Shown piece by piece: positions 1-15,000 of a stretch of DNA of 64,000 nt. Each line of letters starts with the position of its first letter. Positions within the stretch are counted from its first letter, which is position 1. Below the pieces are notes generated by a model, which saw nothing but the letters and a program-made list of their open reading frames with translations, had not been told where the DNA came from and did not search any database. This DNA is from Candidatus Omnitrophota bacterium (GTDB lineage Bacteria; Omnitrophota; Gorgyraeia; 1-14-0-20-64-10), in the NCBI GenBank assembly GCA_023248155.1, contig JAHFFE010000008.1, forward strand, positions 6,515 through 70,514. The letters are read 5' to 3'. Made by a program: the position numbers and the translations under genes.

Positions 1-3000
1 GCCAATCAAAACGGACAGGCTATACCGCTTTTTGCCGATCAATATGGTTTTGCGGTTGAAGGATCGGTCCGTCAGGTGGCCGTCCGGTTTGATGATCCGC
101 TCTCCGGCAAATCGCAAACCGAGAATGTTTATCTGCAATATAACCGCGATGCGAAGGGCGATTGGCAGATGGTTACCTACTGGGCCACGGACAAGGTTCG
201 TTGGGATGCCGGCCTGAAAGATAATGTGACCGGTCAGACCGTTGGCGGGTATCGCTATAACGAAACACCGCAAGAGCGCCAGCAGTTCGGAAAAACGCTG
301 GTTCGTGTTGATGGTCTGGTCCGGCGCGATGAAGCCGGCAACCTGAAAATTTTGGCGTTGGGCGGGCTCAATACCGAAAAACTGCCGGCGCTGTCTGTCT
401 TGACCAACAACGGTATGCGGCAATTTGAGGATGTTCGTGTCCGGTTCTATACCGATTCGACATTCCATGAAGTTTCGGCCGGGTCCAAGGTGGGTGGTGT
501 CGGTTATGAAGCGAAGGTCGATGGCAAATGGGTTCCTCTGCATCAGCTGGGTATTGTTCCCGAGGGAATTGATACCGACCGTTCCACGGTGCTGGCGCTG
601 GAATCAACCAAGATCTCTATTGCGGTAGACGCGCAAGGCAACTTCACGCTGGGTAAATCGACCGAGGGGCTTAAAGATCTTAACGGTAAGCCGTTGACCG
701 GTTCGTTAGTCGGCCACCATTCGGAAGGCAACTTTAACCTTTATGTTGGCAAGGGCGGCCAGGTCTTTTATCAGGGTGCCCGAGCAGCAGAAGGTTCTGT
801 CGGTTATCAGCGGGTGGTTCAGCCGTTCATCGCGCAGATTCAATCTCAGGGCAGTTATGGAACCGGTTACCCGGTGCAATATCTGCCGTCTGAAAATCTT
901 GAAGGCTATCGGGATCTGATTGCGCAAGGTTTGGGACTCACTACCGAGCAGATGACTGGACTCTACCCGCAAGGGAAAATTTCAGAAGCTTTCTCCAATC
1001 CGGTTATTTCGTTGGCCGACGCCAATATCCGCGTTACGGTCGATGGCGGCACTTATGGCCGCCAGTTGCCGGGCGAGGGTAACCATCTGGAAATGAACAC
1101 ACAGAATGGATCTTCATTCTTGTTAAGCGGCCAGTCGGGGTTGGATCTGGTTCTCGATCGAACAGAGCAAAGCGTGGGCGCCAACCGCTATACGATTTTG
1201 TCCGAATACAACGGAACAGAGGGTGCCACTGTTAAACTGGAAACGCCGTTGGTCATCCACGAATTTTCGGAGCAAATCCAGATTAACCCGAAGGCTGTCG
1301 CTGAGATTCGGAATTTATTTATTCGCGGCATGGAACGGTTCAAAGGTATGGCTGCCCCTGATTTTGTCAGCGCGATGAAGGACGAATTGCAGAATTCGGT
1401 CAGCCGCTTGACGGCCAGCGGCGTTACACAATCGGTTGAGCCGGTCTACCGCGTTGTTTCGCGGTTTGAACAGCCGGCGCAAGATCCATTGACCAGCCGC
1501 ATGGAATTAACACCGCTCAACGGCCGTATGGTTACGCCGGCCATCCAGGGTGATTCACTCAACCCGGCCTCGTCCATTTCCCTGATGGGAACCAATTACG
1601 CTGTTGGTTCCAAAATTGCGTTTGAAGGCCGGCCTGAGGGGCTGACATTGGCCACATTAGAGGAAGGCCGTGCCTGGAAATCGACCGTGGTTACTAATAC
1701 CGATTTCTTAAAGGCGGTTGGTCTTGAAAAGAACCAGGCGGTCGTAGTGATGCAGCACTATACCTCGGGTAATACGCGCGTGCCACAGGTATTGCGTTCT
1801 ATCAGCGTGGTCAATCCGTCTACCGGCAATAGCGAACTAATGAGCTATCGGTATGATCCAAAATCGGGCGCCGATGTTGGAAGCGGCCAGTTTAGCCTGC
1901 CATTGAACAGCACTCTGGAGTCGCTCCAGAAACAGTTCGGTTCTGTGGATGTTGATGGTTTCGATGCCGGTGCCGGGTTAGAAGTGGTTGGAATGACTGA
2001 TCTGCCGAAGATGACTGCCGTTGCTCTGCGCGAGCAAGGGCAAGAATTAACGCTCGGCATTCAGCGGCAAATGGCTCCGCAATCCGACCAGATGCTCCGG
2101 TTTACGGCTGGCATGGAAGCGGTTCTACCAGGATTGCTTGGCGAACTCGACCGGCAGGGTGTTTCTTTAGAGGCGTTCTTGGGTGCCACTGAGTACGGTC
2201 CAACCTATTCCGGCATGCTAAATCCTGTTTTAGCGGATGCGGCTGACGCTTCCTCCAACAGGGAATTGATCGGCATCGCGGTGCTGGCGCCGGAAGTTAC
2301 GCCGGTTGGCCGGCCGGTTCTGCAGCAAGCGCTGGTTCAACAGCTTTGGCTGGGCCGCAATGGTCAGATCGCTTATGACATCGTTAGCGGACGTGACACG
2401 GCGGTGGAATTGGTTCAATTCTTCGATCCGAAAACCGGCCAGCAGGGCATCGTCACGAACGATCGCACCGGCAACTCCATTTTCTTTGCCAAGGGAACCG
2501 AATGGATCATGCCGATGAAAGATACTCCTACCGTAGATATTGCATGGAAAGCCGAAGCGTTTAAGGTGGAAGGAATTTCTCTAGTGCTCGGCCAGCAAAC
2601 GGCCTGGTTGTTTGATACCAAGAATAACCGGTTTGCCCAGTTGGAAATTAATGGACAAAAAACACAGCCCGACAGTAATGGCTGGGCCCGCATTAATGAG
2701 GGCGATATCTATCAGCTCAGCCGCGACGACGATCCCCGCCGTTTGGAACGGCAGAAAGACGGATCGCTGGCTCCCACCATTGTCTCAACAAACACACTGC
2801 CACCTTCGATGCGCGCCGACACGCTTCCGGTGGCGGAAAAGATAACACCCGAACAACAGTTGGAGCAGTTGAAAGCTTCTGTGAAAAATGTCCGCGACCA
2901 GTTGGGTGAAGCGTTAGGTTCCGAGAGCGCTCCCGGAAAACTGCAAACCCAGACGCGCGAACAGGAAACCCGGCTTGCGCATCTGTATGGACAGACACAG

Positions 3001-6000
3001 GAGCCCGGTGTCCAGCAATCGCGCGACCAGAAACCGCCGGTTAAGCTGGAGGATAAACAGCTGGCTTTGTTGGTTGGTACGGCTGATGAATATGTGAAAC
3101 AGGTCGATGCTTTCCTGAAAGACGGCAAAGCGCTGTCGGAAGACAAAATGAAGGCGCTGTTGGCTTCCGGCAACACGCTGTTGGAGAAAACCAAAGAATA
3201 CCTTGGCAACAAAGATTTCCAGGAACAGTTCGCGGTACTGCAAAAAGCTTCAGGCCAGATGGACAAGCAGCTGACCAAACTCGAGCAGGACTGGAAAGAC
3301 GCCAAGATGTCTCCCGAGCAGAAACAATATCTGGGCGCTCAGCTGCGATTTATGACGGAACAGCAGGCCACGCAGGCGATCCTTTATAGCAAGGCCCAGC
3401 CGCTGGTTGCTTACCAGGAAATGTACCGCGCGGTTACCGAAATCCGGCAAGAACTGGGATTGCGGGGCGAAGGGTTTGCCACGCCGGTCGCCCTGCCCGA
3501 TTCGCTGGCAGAAATCGGTTCCCGGCTTGAAGTACAAGCGCGGGTTATGGATGGTCTGGAAGAACGCCTCCAGGGTTTGCCCATCGCCAAACAAACGGAG
3601 ATTCTGAACGGATTAACCGAACAAACCAAAGCGCTCAATGCCGATCTTGGCAAAGCGTTGGACGACAAAGGAATTCAGGAAAATCTGGGCAAACTGGCTT
3701 CTGATCTTGAAACGATCGTGCCAGATGTTCTTCTTCTTAAGGGCCGCGTCGACAGCTGGGTCAGTTTGGGCCGTCCGGCCAGCTTCACCGTGGACGGCGT
3801 TGATCTGCGTGTTGAGGCCGCGAGTATCGGCTCCAAGCTCGATTCATTGCGCCAGGCTTATCCGGTCACTCGACTGGGCGAACTGGTTGCCAATGTCCAA
3901 CGCAATGCCGGTGATCTTGCGGTCCAATGGAACGAAAAGAACACGCTGTTGGTTCCGATGCTGCAGCAGCAGGCCGCGCAAAGCGCATTCGAATCCAAAT
4001 ATAAGCAAGTAGCTGCTCCGTTGATGGCTATCTACGGCAAAGTCTACGAAGCGGTGGATCGCGTTTATGACAAACAGGCCGAAGGGTACATCCGACGAAT
4101 TGCCGAAAGCACGGCGATATTATTGGAAAAATCAGCAGGAATGGAAAGGGCAGAGGCCACTCTTCGATCGATTGATCAGGCGAAACTTGGAAGTGATCAG
4201 CCCGCTTTCCAGTCCAGTCAGGAAAAGAATCTTGCGCGAACCGCTGATGCGCTAAAACCGGAAATTGCCGTCCTGAAAAAAGAGATCCAGACTGAACAGG
4301 CCGCGTTGCACGCCATTCGAGTGGAACAGCATGCTGCGTGGGACAGAGATGCTCCTCAGCAGGTTCTTTATAAAATTGATGAGAATGGCGAAAAAGTCTA
4401 TTTACGAAAAGATATGGCTGCTACCAATGATGTTGCCAAGCGGACCAATGACACGGTTAATACGCGGGTTTTATACAGCATTCCGAATGAGAAGACGAAG
4501 TCCTGGTTAGAGCTGAATGCCGGCTCTTTAGCGGTCGGTTCCGCGGATGGGAAGATCGCTACGCGCTATGTTTTGCAGCCGGCCAAAATTGATCCGGCAA
4601 ACGAGAATACGGTCTTAGCTCCGGAACGGATGTTGCGCATGACCGATTACGATCCCTCTAAAGATCCACAGCAGCGTGTTCATGTTGAGGAATCGTTGGG
4701 TGAAATCCGGTACGACAGCAATAAAAACTCCAAAGAACTTCCATTTGTCGGAAGTTTCAAAGATCCGGAGAGAGCCGGTCGGAATATCCGGCTGCTTTCA
4801 GAAACGAAATTCCTGAATCCCAGAGAAGCTGTTCGGGTTGAGCGCTTCAGCGGAGAATCCATCTACGAGCAGGCGGCAATTCAGGGAATGGATAAAGAAT
4901 TACAGCAACAGTCGTTTATCGACATTAATAAAATTGACACGAACAAGAATAAATTCCTTGTCAACGCGCGCGCTACCTATATGCGCCTGGCGGAGAATGT
5001 TCCCGGATATGCTGATTTGCGGAACCGCGCCAATATCGCCCAGCAGGAAACCCGCCTCTATTCAAATATAACCGATAATCCTTACCGGGGTACGGTTTTG
5101 GCCAGTGACGCCTACGGCATTTCTCGCGAACGGATCACTCGTGCGGATGATTTTTACGAAGAAACTAAATTTGTTGGACCCGGCGCTACTGAATCGTATC
5201 GGATAGAAAAAGCAACCGGTTTGGCTGATGGAGCCACGCATGTTGCCAAGTATGTTTATACCTATTACGACGGAGAAAAAGCAGTCAGTAATTACATTCG
5301 CGGCTCAGAAACATTTATTAAGGCTCCGGACGGAATCCGTCGCGGAAGCGATGTCCATCCTGATCAGTATGTAACGCCGTTGAATCCGAAACCCGTTGAG
5401 TTGGCAATGATTAAAGCCGGCGACCCCAAGAAGGGGTACACGCTGGACCCGTATGGCACGAGCGCTATGAAAGATTTTGTCGCGGCGCCGGCCAACATTC
5501 CTTTTGGAGGCAGTGAAGGCCGTATCTTGGCGCAGGTCGCCGAGATGCCGCAGTTGAAATTCAAGAGCGAGGCCTCTTTGAAAGAGAATGGCGTAGAGAT
5601 CTATGAAGCGAGAACCAAAGTCGAAAAAGCCGAGCAATTAAAAGTCCGCGACACGGGATTCATGCAGATGGACAGCAGAGTTTATGGCGAATCGGGTGAT
5701 ACCACCGGCAATATCCAATTCGTGGTTCGGAAGGATGATTTCGGAAATCTTCATGTCGATACCAAGGAAAACTACGCGTTTGTAAAAGGCGTTTGGGTGA
5801 ATGCGCGTGTTTTGGCTGTGGGACCGGTGGCGACTTCTATCTGGAACGAAAAACGGTATAACCCCAACCATGTCCAGATTGAAGGCGGAGAGCGATTTAG
5901 CCCTGACCAGCTGAATGCGTCTTATTCACGAATTGAGATTAATAAGGCTGGAGACGCGGAAGAGCGCGTTTATTACGGCAGAACACTGCTCAATTCCGAA

Positions 6001-9000
6001 GAACAGAAATTGAACTATCCCGATAAACCGGACGAACAGGTGATTGCCGGAATTTATAACAAGTTGGATGGAAGCTTTACTGGTAATACCCGAATGATCG
6101 TTCCTTATTTTTCTGATCCGAAGGGCTTTGTTCCTTTCCAGATGCTGTATGGCGCTTTCCATGTCGATCAACTCGGGCGTTGGGCGGCCGGTCCGGATGG
6201 GAAGGTAGATACTTTCATGGGAAATATGACGCCCAACCAGTTTGCCTGGACAACGGCTGTATTTCGCGAGGCGCTTATTTTTGAAGTCGGCGGTTTAGCG
6301 ATGAAAGGTCCTACGCTTGGGGGAGGTATAGGCAGAGGTTATCAGACGGTTGTTGGATGGTCTGCTGGTGCTGCCAGCCGCCGTGCGATTGTAGGACTGG
6401 GAGAGCAAGCTTTTGTTCAAGGTGGTAAAGCATTGTCCGAAGCGGGTATTTTGGTGGGCCGTTCTGCTGCTGCGCAAGTCTATACGCGGGCCTATTCCAA
6501 CGCGGCTGCGCGGCTGTTGTTTAAACCGGTTGGCCAGACGGTGGCAACGCTGGCGGATGACTTGGCCGTAGCGACCGTATCGCGAATCTCGGCGCAGGTG
6601 AGTGTCCATGGCGCCGGGTATCTCTCCGCGAATATTATAGGCCGTACCGGTATGCAGATAGCGACACCGTTCCTGACCCGGCCGGCAATGTCATGGCAGG
6701 CGTTTAGAGAAGGCGCTGGTCAGTTCTTTAGCTCAGGGAAAAATGGATGGGTTTCTCCGGAAAATATAAAAACACTACTTATCCGGACGCCGTTAGATAT
6801 TCAATTCAGGATGAACCCCGCCTTTTCGCTGGCATCAAACCTGGGATTGCTGATTTCTGACCGGATGGGGACTCCGATGGTAAATCAGTATGGGTTGCCG
6901 ACCTCCAACGGATTTTTCTCTACTCATTTCGCTGCCGACCGGCATGGCAGCGAAAATCTCTTTACCGCTGAGAGCTGGAAAAATGCTGTTATGCTGACCC
7001 CGATTATGTTCGCGTCCCAGCCGATTTCCAGAGCGTTGGGCGGATTGATCGGGTTTAACCAGTTGGCTCAGCTTAAATCGGCAGCACATTCTTCAGTGAT
7101 TGCCCAGTATTCGGTCCTCTATATGGATATGAAAGTTCTTTTGCCGGCCGCCGAGGGCGTGATTGTTTCGGGATTGGAAACGGTGGGAATTCCTTCCAAA
7201 GTAGAGGTTTTTGGGTTCTCTTTCAGTCCGTCTGGTTTGATTGCTCAGGTGGTTTCTTTTGGTATCATTGCGCCGCAAATTACACCGAATGCCGGGAAAG
7301 CCGCGTCGGCAGAAGTTTTAAGAACCGAGTCGGCCGATGCCGCGGCGGGCGCTTCCAGAGCGTTGACCGATATCGCCGGCCGTGAAGCCAGAAACCAGCA
7401 GGCCGTACCGCCTGCGACCGAAACTTTGGCCGGAACAGGAGCCGTTCAAGAAACCGTGGCTCGGCAGGTGGATATGGCAGAGCAAACGCAGACGAGCCAG
7501 CAGACGCGGACTGTTGCGGAAACTGAAACACCCGAATTAATCAGACTCAGTGATACGGCGCGGGAGCAGGTACCGGATGCCGAAGGCACCTTGAACCGAT
7601 TGCTCGTTCTTCCGGTGACATCCGGAAGTTCTGCGACCGGAGCGGAATTAGCCGATGTGACAGGATCTTTGCGCGCTTATTCGGGAGAGGCACGCGCCGG
7701 CGCCGGCGATTCCACTTTCCGCGGCGCGCTGCGCCAGGGTGTGGAACATGCCATGGGGATGCTGCAGTCCTGGTTGACAGGCCGTTCTGAACCCGGTAAG
7801 GCGCCAACGGCTACCGAACAATTGGATCTTTTGACTGCCGTGGATAATTTAGCGCAGGCGGTTGAAGCGACAGGTCTTGGGCGAAAACTGGGCGACAAGC
7901 TGGGTGATCTGGCAGGGCAGGCGGCAGGGTTTAAGACTCCGGAATTAAATGCGCTGGCTCCGTCTGCCGCGGCTCCGGCCTCGATTAGAGCGCTTAATTT
8001 GGGTCAATCGTTGCCGCAGAATCTGCAAAACGCCGGTGTTGCTTCTTCACGGGTCGCCGTTGTCGCCGGAAAACTGGGCGAAGTGGTTGCTCGGGTTCCC
8101 GATCAGATCAGACGGATTTCAGGCAGCAGCCCTGAAACCGCGGCTGTAATTACAGTGGCGATAACCCGAAGCGTCGCTTCCTTGGCGCGCTTTGTGCCGG
8201 AAGGGGATGTTCGCTCCCGGCTGGTCCAGGCCCCCAGAGCGGCCGCTGCCGAAATGGCGAAAATAACGCCGCGGCAGGAAACGACCCCGCCAACCGTTAA
8301 AGTTGCCGCTGCTCCGGAGACAACTCCCGCGCAGCCGCAGACTGCGTCAACATCCGACGCGATTCAGATCCGTTCCGTTGAAAACGGAAAAGCGGAAGAG
8401 ATACGGATCAAGCTTGATTCAGACCGTTCGAATGTTTCCTCAGCGACCGATCTTTCCGGGCGGCTTACGCTGACAGTAGACACGAAAGGCAACCTGACCA
8501 TTTCCGCCGAAGGAGAATTGCCGGCCGAATTGCGTAACAGCCGTGTCACCCTCACGCAAGATGGTAAGCCGGTTAACTCAAACGGCCGCGAATTAAACGG
8601 TAAAGTAACGCTCGGGTCTTTGCTCGATAAACCAATTCAGGTCAATACCGATAAAGATTCCGTAAAGATCCGAATCAACAGCGGCAAAGAAGGAACTTTT
8701 GAGGAAACTGCTCAAAAAGCGGCGGATAAGACAGCTGAAACCGCGCGTCCGCGCGAGACCGAGCCGTCCGCTCGTCCGAAAGAATCGTCGTTCCGCGATC
8801 AGGTACGCGCTGTGTTTAACGAAGCCGGCCGCGATTCGGACCAGCAATCATTTGTTACGCAGCAGGATGTTGTTCACAGTACATTCGACGGTGTTCGATC
8901 CGAATTCAACCAGTTAATCGAGCAGGCCGCCAAAGCGGCCACGCCGGAAGCGCGGCAGGCGCTGCTGGAAAAGGCCGTTCAACGGCTGGATCAGATGATC

Positions 9001-12000
9001 ACCGTGGCCGAAGAAGCGCTGGGAGCCATCGGCCGTAAAGGACTCAACGCCGCCGAAACCGGCAAGCTGGTGAACCAGCTGTTTGAAGATGTTTCGAAGG
9101 GGTATGACTTGCTGGCCGATACCGCGCTGGCTGCGGCTGAAGCGCGCGGAGGGAACGCGTCCGGACTGGTGGCTTCGATGGGTCAGTCGTTCAGCCGGAT
9201 GGCCGATTTCGCGGGCAGCGCGGCGCGTCTTCTTCAGCAGGCCGGCGCGAAACCGAGTGAGCTGATCACGCTGATCGGAAAAACAGCGGAACGGCTCATG
9301 GGCGCCGATGGCAAGAGCGGTTCGTTTGGAAAACTGCTGGCAATTTACGATGCCGTTGTAAAAGACGCGAAGGCGACCGCTGCCCAGCGGACCGAAGCCG
9401 TTGTTGGAATTTCCACGGCTGAAGCCAGCCTGGGCCGGTATGTGGAGAGATCATTGCAGACGGCCAAAAATGCCGGAATCAAAGTCAATGCCGAAGCGCT
9501 CGGCAACATGTTCTATGAATCAACCAACGAATACACCAGCCGCATTGAGCAGTTGGATGTCAATAAGTTCGGTGAGTTAACCGCCAATCAGGCCGGTCAA
9601 CTGTTCGGCAATGAACTGGCCGCGATGGAATCGGCGCGCGACGCGTTTGCGGCGGTCCGTTCATCCGGAGGAAAAGTGAACCTTGGGCGGGATGGAAAAC
9701 TGTTCGGCAGAATGGCAACCGCTGTTAGCCGGCAGATCACCGCGGTATTTGCCCAGACGAAAGCCGGCTCCGAACAGTTCTTCGCCGCGGTCGAGGCGTC
9801 GTCGCGGTTGATGGAAGATACCCGGTCGCTGGAGCAGGCCAGATTGTTGGAGAAGGGTGCCGCCGGCGATTTAATCCGTTCTCAGATGAAGACGCTTTCT
9901 ACTGCGTTGGATAAATTGGCTGGAGGCAGTAACGAAATAGTTGCCGCCGGCCAGGAAGCTGAAACATTATTTGTTTGGTTTGAAGCGCTCGTCGGCAGCG
10001 ACGTTTGGTCCGGGTTGGATGCAAACCAGCGCGCTGTTATTCTTGGTTTCTCGATCGAAGCGCAAGCATCGTCTCAGCTGGCTGGTGTTCGCAGTGAGGA
10101 ACAGCATGCCCGCGCGGGTGCTATTTTCCCGCAGCAGGCTACTCGCGGCGCTGGAGCATTCCGCAGCCGGTTGCAGAATGAGGTTCGGAATCTATTCAGC
10201 GATCCCAACCTTTCTGCCGACAGCAAACTTGAGTTGGCTAACCGGGTTGACCGTACTGAGAAGGCGACCCGTTTTGACCGCGCGACCCTTCGCGCCAAGA
10301 ACCAGGCGCGCGCTCAGGCGGCCGATGTGTTTGCTGACCAGGCGCGCGACAATGCGGGAACCGCGGCCGGTACGGCAGCTGCCGTTAAATGGGCAATCGC
10401 TCGCCGGACGCCGGCCGCCGATCGCCTGTTGGAATCGACCGGCGCTACGCGGTCCGATAAATCGCGCGGTTCTCCGGAGGATCTGGCTTCTCGTGCTGCG
10501 CAAGCCAATACCCCCGAATCCCGCCGTGCTGTTTCCGAAATCTGGGCCTCATTAAAACAGGAACTTCGTCAGCGCTCCGACTTTACTTCTGAAAGAGAAC
10601 TGGATCTCGACAGCCGCCTCTCCGGCCGCGCTCCCGAAACTCCGCGCGAATCGCCGCAGGAATTAATCGCGAGAACGGCTCCCGCTCTGAACAAAGCGGC
10701 GCAGGCCAAGTTGCAGAAAGCTCCCGTGGAACCGGTTGAAGTGGTTCGCATCGATAAGGCGGGCCGCAACGCGCTGCCGGGCTTGAAAGAACTTCCCAGC
10801 GGAAAAGACAGAGACACAATCATTGAAAACAGGATCCAGTCGATGTCCGATCAAAAACGGCTGGAAACGCTGACCAAGCAGACTGAGATTGGCACCAAAG
10901 ACGGAACCCCTGTGCTCGCGCTGCAGGTTGTCGAGGGCGATCGCGGATTCTTAATCTCTCTGGATTCCCGCCTCTCCACCGGCGGCACGGTCCGTCAGCG
11001 CGTTGCCACTGAGCTTGTCCGCCGCGCTGAGGTACAGATCCTTAGCAAGAGCCAGTTAGAAACGGTCTTCCGCCAAATGCATGCGGACAATGCCTCCGGG
11101 AAAACGATAGAACTTCCCGGCGGAAAATCACTGCCGAATATTGCGGCGGTTCGCGAAGTGATTGATCAGGTGGTGGAAGGGCCGGTCCGTCGGGTCGTTG
11201 AGGGAGATGGTTTGCAGGCACTGTTTAAATCAGGCTCGGAAATCGACACGCTCTCTAAAAAGATTGGCGAGCAGCTTGACCAGAAATTGCCTGTGGTCGA
11301 GGCCACGATAGTCTTGAACGACCGGCCCACCGATGTTGTGATGACCAACGAACTGGCACGTGAGATAGTGAAAAAACTGTCCGAAATCCGGAAGCCGTTT
11401 TACGCGAAAGAAGCCGAATCGGCCGTGACAACGGTACTGGAAACGGTTGTGATTCCGGAGGGCGCGACACCGCAACAAAGAACCGCCGCGATTGTTTCCG
11501 CATTGACCGGCAAGATTATCGAGCCGATGAAAGCGGCCAAGCCGGATGCGACCAACGGACAGGATATCGTCGTTACGATCACCGCCGATGGAACGGCCCA
11601 TAAGGCTCCCCGCGCAGATTTTGTGAAAGCAATGGCCGGCACTATTGGCGCGGAAGTAGCCGAGCGATTGGCTTATGAAGGAAAATTGGATCAGCTTACT
11701 TCTGATCAGACGAAAGAACTGGTCGGCAAACTTTCTGATACCGTCCGGTCAGTTGAAGCTGAAACGCTCGATGGATTGCGCAAAGGATTATTTAATGACG
11801 AGCAGATCATCCTTAACGACGCGGCCGATAATGCCATCCGCGGTGCCATTGTTCCCGTACTGGCGTCCAGAGCTGAACAATTGGCGAGGGAAGAGTTAGG
11901 GCAGACCGATCGGATTAATTTCCATAAGCCGGCGGAAGGCAAAGATTCATTAACGGCTTTAAAGAATACCGAGACCCGGTTGCTGAATGAAACCGGCACT

Positions 12001-15000
12001 GCCCGCGGCAGCCGCGAACATGCGGTGATTCTGATTGATTCACTGCCGCGTTTATTCGAGCAGAGCCAGCGCAACGGTCTGGCGTTGTCCGGGAAAGCGC
12101 TGTCGGAAGATCTTTCGAAAGAAATTACTGCCTCGGCCGATTTTCATGGCCAGCTAGCCCGCGATGCTCGAACTCAATTGGTTAACAGTTCTGAAAACCA
12201 TACGGCGTTTGGCTCGAACGAGCAGGTCAGTTCGCAGATTGACCGCGGCTGGAATAATATTTCGATTGATCGGACCTCTCTGAAACAGGGACAAGTCGAT
12301 CATTTGACCAGTATTGTCCGGCTGGAAGCGGCCGGTTTGGTGCGCGACGCGCTGGAGCCGTTTGCCGTATCGGGAGCTACGCAGGATCAATTTAATAAGG
12401 CCGGTCTCACGCCCGCGTTTATCGAGCGGTTGGGCTATGACAGCGATGGTTTGAAACTGGAGAGCGGTAAGACGGCCTATGCTCCCGAAACCGTTCAGAC
12501 TGTTCGTGGAAAAGTGGATTCGGAAGCGCGTGTCCGCGTGCGGGCCGAACAAGTTCGGGACCTCAAAGGTTTCCCATCGATTCGGCCTGAGCAGTGGGCC
12601 GCGATCCGCAATATCGCCATGGGCGATAAATATTCCGTAGAAGCGCTCTCGACCGGCGGTGGGAAAAGCTCATTTGTTTCTCCGGTGCTGGCGGCTTTCA
12701 TTTATGACACCACCGGTGAGAAGGTCGTCGTGGTCTTCAGTGATGCCGGATTAATGAAGGCCGGTTATAACGATGCCGCCCGCGTATGGGGTGTCGGAAA
12801 ATATTCAGACAAGCCTGGGTTGACCACCAATGGAAAGAGCGACGGACCAAAATTCGACGTCTATCTCCACGAGACCGGACATATTCCTGAGCGGCTCGAT
12901 CCCGAGCTGGAAAGTGCCAATATCATCTACACGACGCTTGAAGGTCTCAAGTCGGCCTCGTTGGCCGAGAAACTGGGGACTTCTCCTAATGCGTTCGAGC
13001 CGTTCCGGCAGGCCAACTATCTGATTGACGAGTTCGACACGCTGAAGCTTGATCCCGATCTGCAGGGAACGCTGCCCGGCAGCGGCATTACGCTGGCTCA
13101 GTTTGGACATGTGCAGACCCAAGTGGAAACCGTGGTCCGTTATATCCGCGCCACCTACGGTGAATCCGCCGTGGAAAATTTCCGGGAAGGCAAAGGCGGT
13201 AATGGTCTGAGTAATTCCATCGAGCAGTCTCTTACCTATACGGAAACTGAACTGTCGCCAGAGCTTCGCATCGTTGCGAACAGGGGCGATATCCATGAAA
13301 TGTCTGCAATCGGTCTAGAAAGAACAGCCAATGGGAATTATCGCTATACGCCACGGCATGACCAGGTTCATTTCAGCCCTGAATTTAAAGAAGGTTTAGT
13401 GGAGTATCTGCGCGAGAAGAGCGTCAGCCTGGAGTTGAAATTCAATCAGGATACTCAGTTCAGCGATTTTGTCGATTCTCCCGAAGGCCAGCAGTGGATG
13501 GCCGCGGCCGATGAAGTAGCCCGCGCCGTGACGGCGATTCACGGCCGTGATTTCGCGACGGACGCGACGCTGGCCGATGGCACCATCAGCAGCCGCAGCC
13601 CGACGCGGCTGGTTCCGGTCCACGAGGCCAGCGGCGGTACGCAGACCCGCCAGCATTGGAGCAATCCGTATCAGGCGGCTGCCTATAACGAAGTTTTGTC
13701 CGGAGAATTCCTCAAGAGTTCGCCGCTGCCGGCCGGTGAAATCCAACTCGATCCAACCAGTACGCGCGTCAGCACGAACGATGTTTTGGCCGATATCCGT
13801 GCCGGGCATATTGCAGCCCGAGGTGAGAACGGAACGGGTCCGCAGCTTCGTATTCATGGTTATTCCGGAACCGGTATTCAGGGCGGCGGCGGTCGTTTGC
13901 TGGGTCGTCTCTTCGGTGTGACGGTGCCTGATGTTGAGGCGCGCGCGGAGAATCTGGGAAGCTTGGCCGCAGATCAGTTCACCGTTTTACGCGGTCCCGA
14001 TGCGATGCAACAGGCGCTTTCGCAGTCTGCGCGCGTCACGATTGATGTGACCACCGTGCTGGATTCGAAGATCAACGAGACTCTCTGGCGCAGTGAGAAT
14101 CAATCGTCTGCCCATGTTATTCGCGACGGCGAAGGCAATTTCTGGTATTTCGAAAAAGGTTCCAATCAGCCCCGGTCGATTGATTATGCCGACGCGCGCC
14201 TGCTGGCGCTCAATGACAATGTCCGGTTCTTTATTCATCGTGCCGGAAGCCGTGGTCTCGACCTGCCGATTCCGGAAGGCGCCGGCATCCGTGTTCTGGT
14301 CAGTGACAGCACCGGCCTCGACGCGCTGGAACAGGCGCTCGGCCGTTGGCGCGGTGAGTACAATCACCAGCTGTGGGGTGCCGACAACTACAAGCCTGGA
14401 ATCGGGCAAGTCCAAAAAAATCAGGTTGATCTCGTGATGATTGATTCACGGGAAACCGGGCCGAATACAATCTCCAAGGGTGAGTTGGAGAATATGGCGG
14501 TCCAGAACCAGAACCGGGCTGTTGATCCAACGGCCTTAGGCCAGCAGATTCAGACCACTTTCTCAACCCGCGCGCAGTGGCAGTTGGGCAAGATGTTGAC
14601 GATTGTGCAGGCCAGTCCTGGCAGCGAGGCATGGGCGGCTCCTCTGCGGCAGAAACTGAACGATTTGATGGAACATAATGCAGCGGCTGCCAATCATCAG
14701 CAGACCGGAACTGCTTTGCAGTCAGGCGAGCATCAGCTTGTCGAAGCAGTGCGCAACGGCCTGCGGGGTGAAGTTTCAGCCATGGCTGAGGTTCGTTCGT
14801 TGGAAGCTTCCGGTGAGTATGGCCCATTGCCTGCAGAGGCAAAGGCCATTCTGGAAGAAACGTTAAGCAACCGCGTTGCCGATTTTGAAACCGAAGGCCA
14901 TCTGCTGACCCGCAATGAATTGGGACAGATTGCCGCCGGTAAGGGATCTGAATTAACGGCAGACACGCAGGCTGTTTTAATCCGCGGCGGCTACGCGGAG

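Noticed and set aside
76-78. GTG start assigned by the ORF track to the giant ORF
   Set aside because: The frame is open back to base 1 with no RBS or signal peptide, so the gene starts upstream of the window.
3550-3570. DGLEERL in the giant protein as a GxEE junction
   Set aside because: It is preceded by Asp rather than a small residue and lies mid coiled coil; probably chance.
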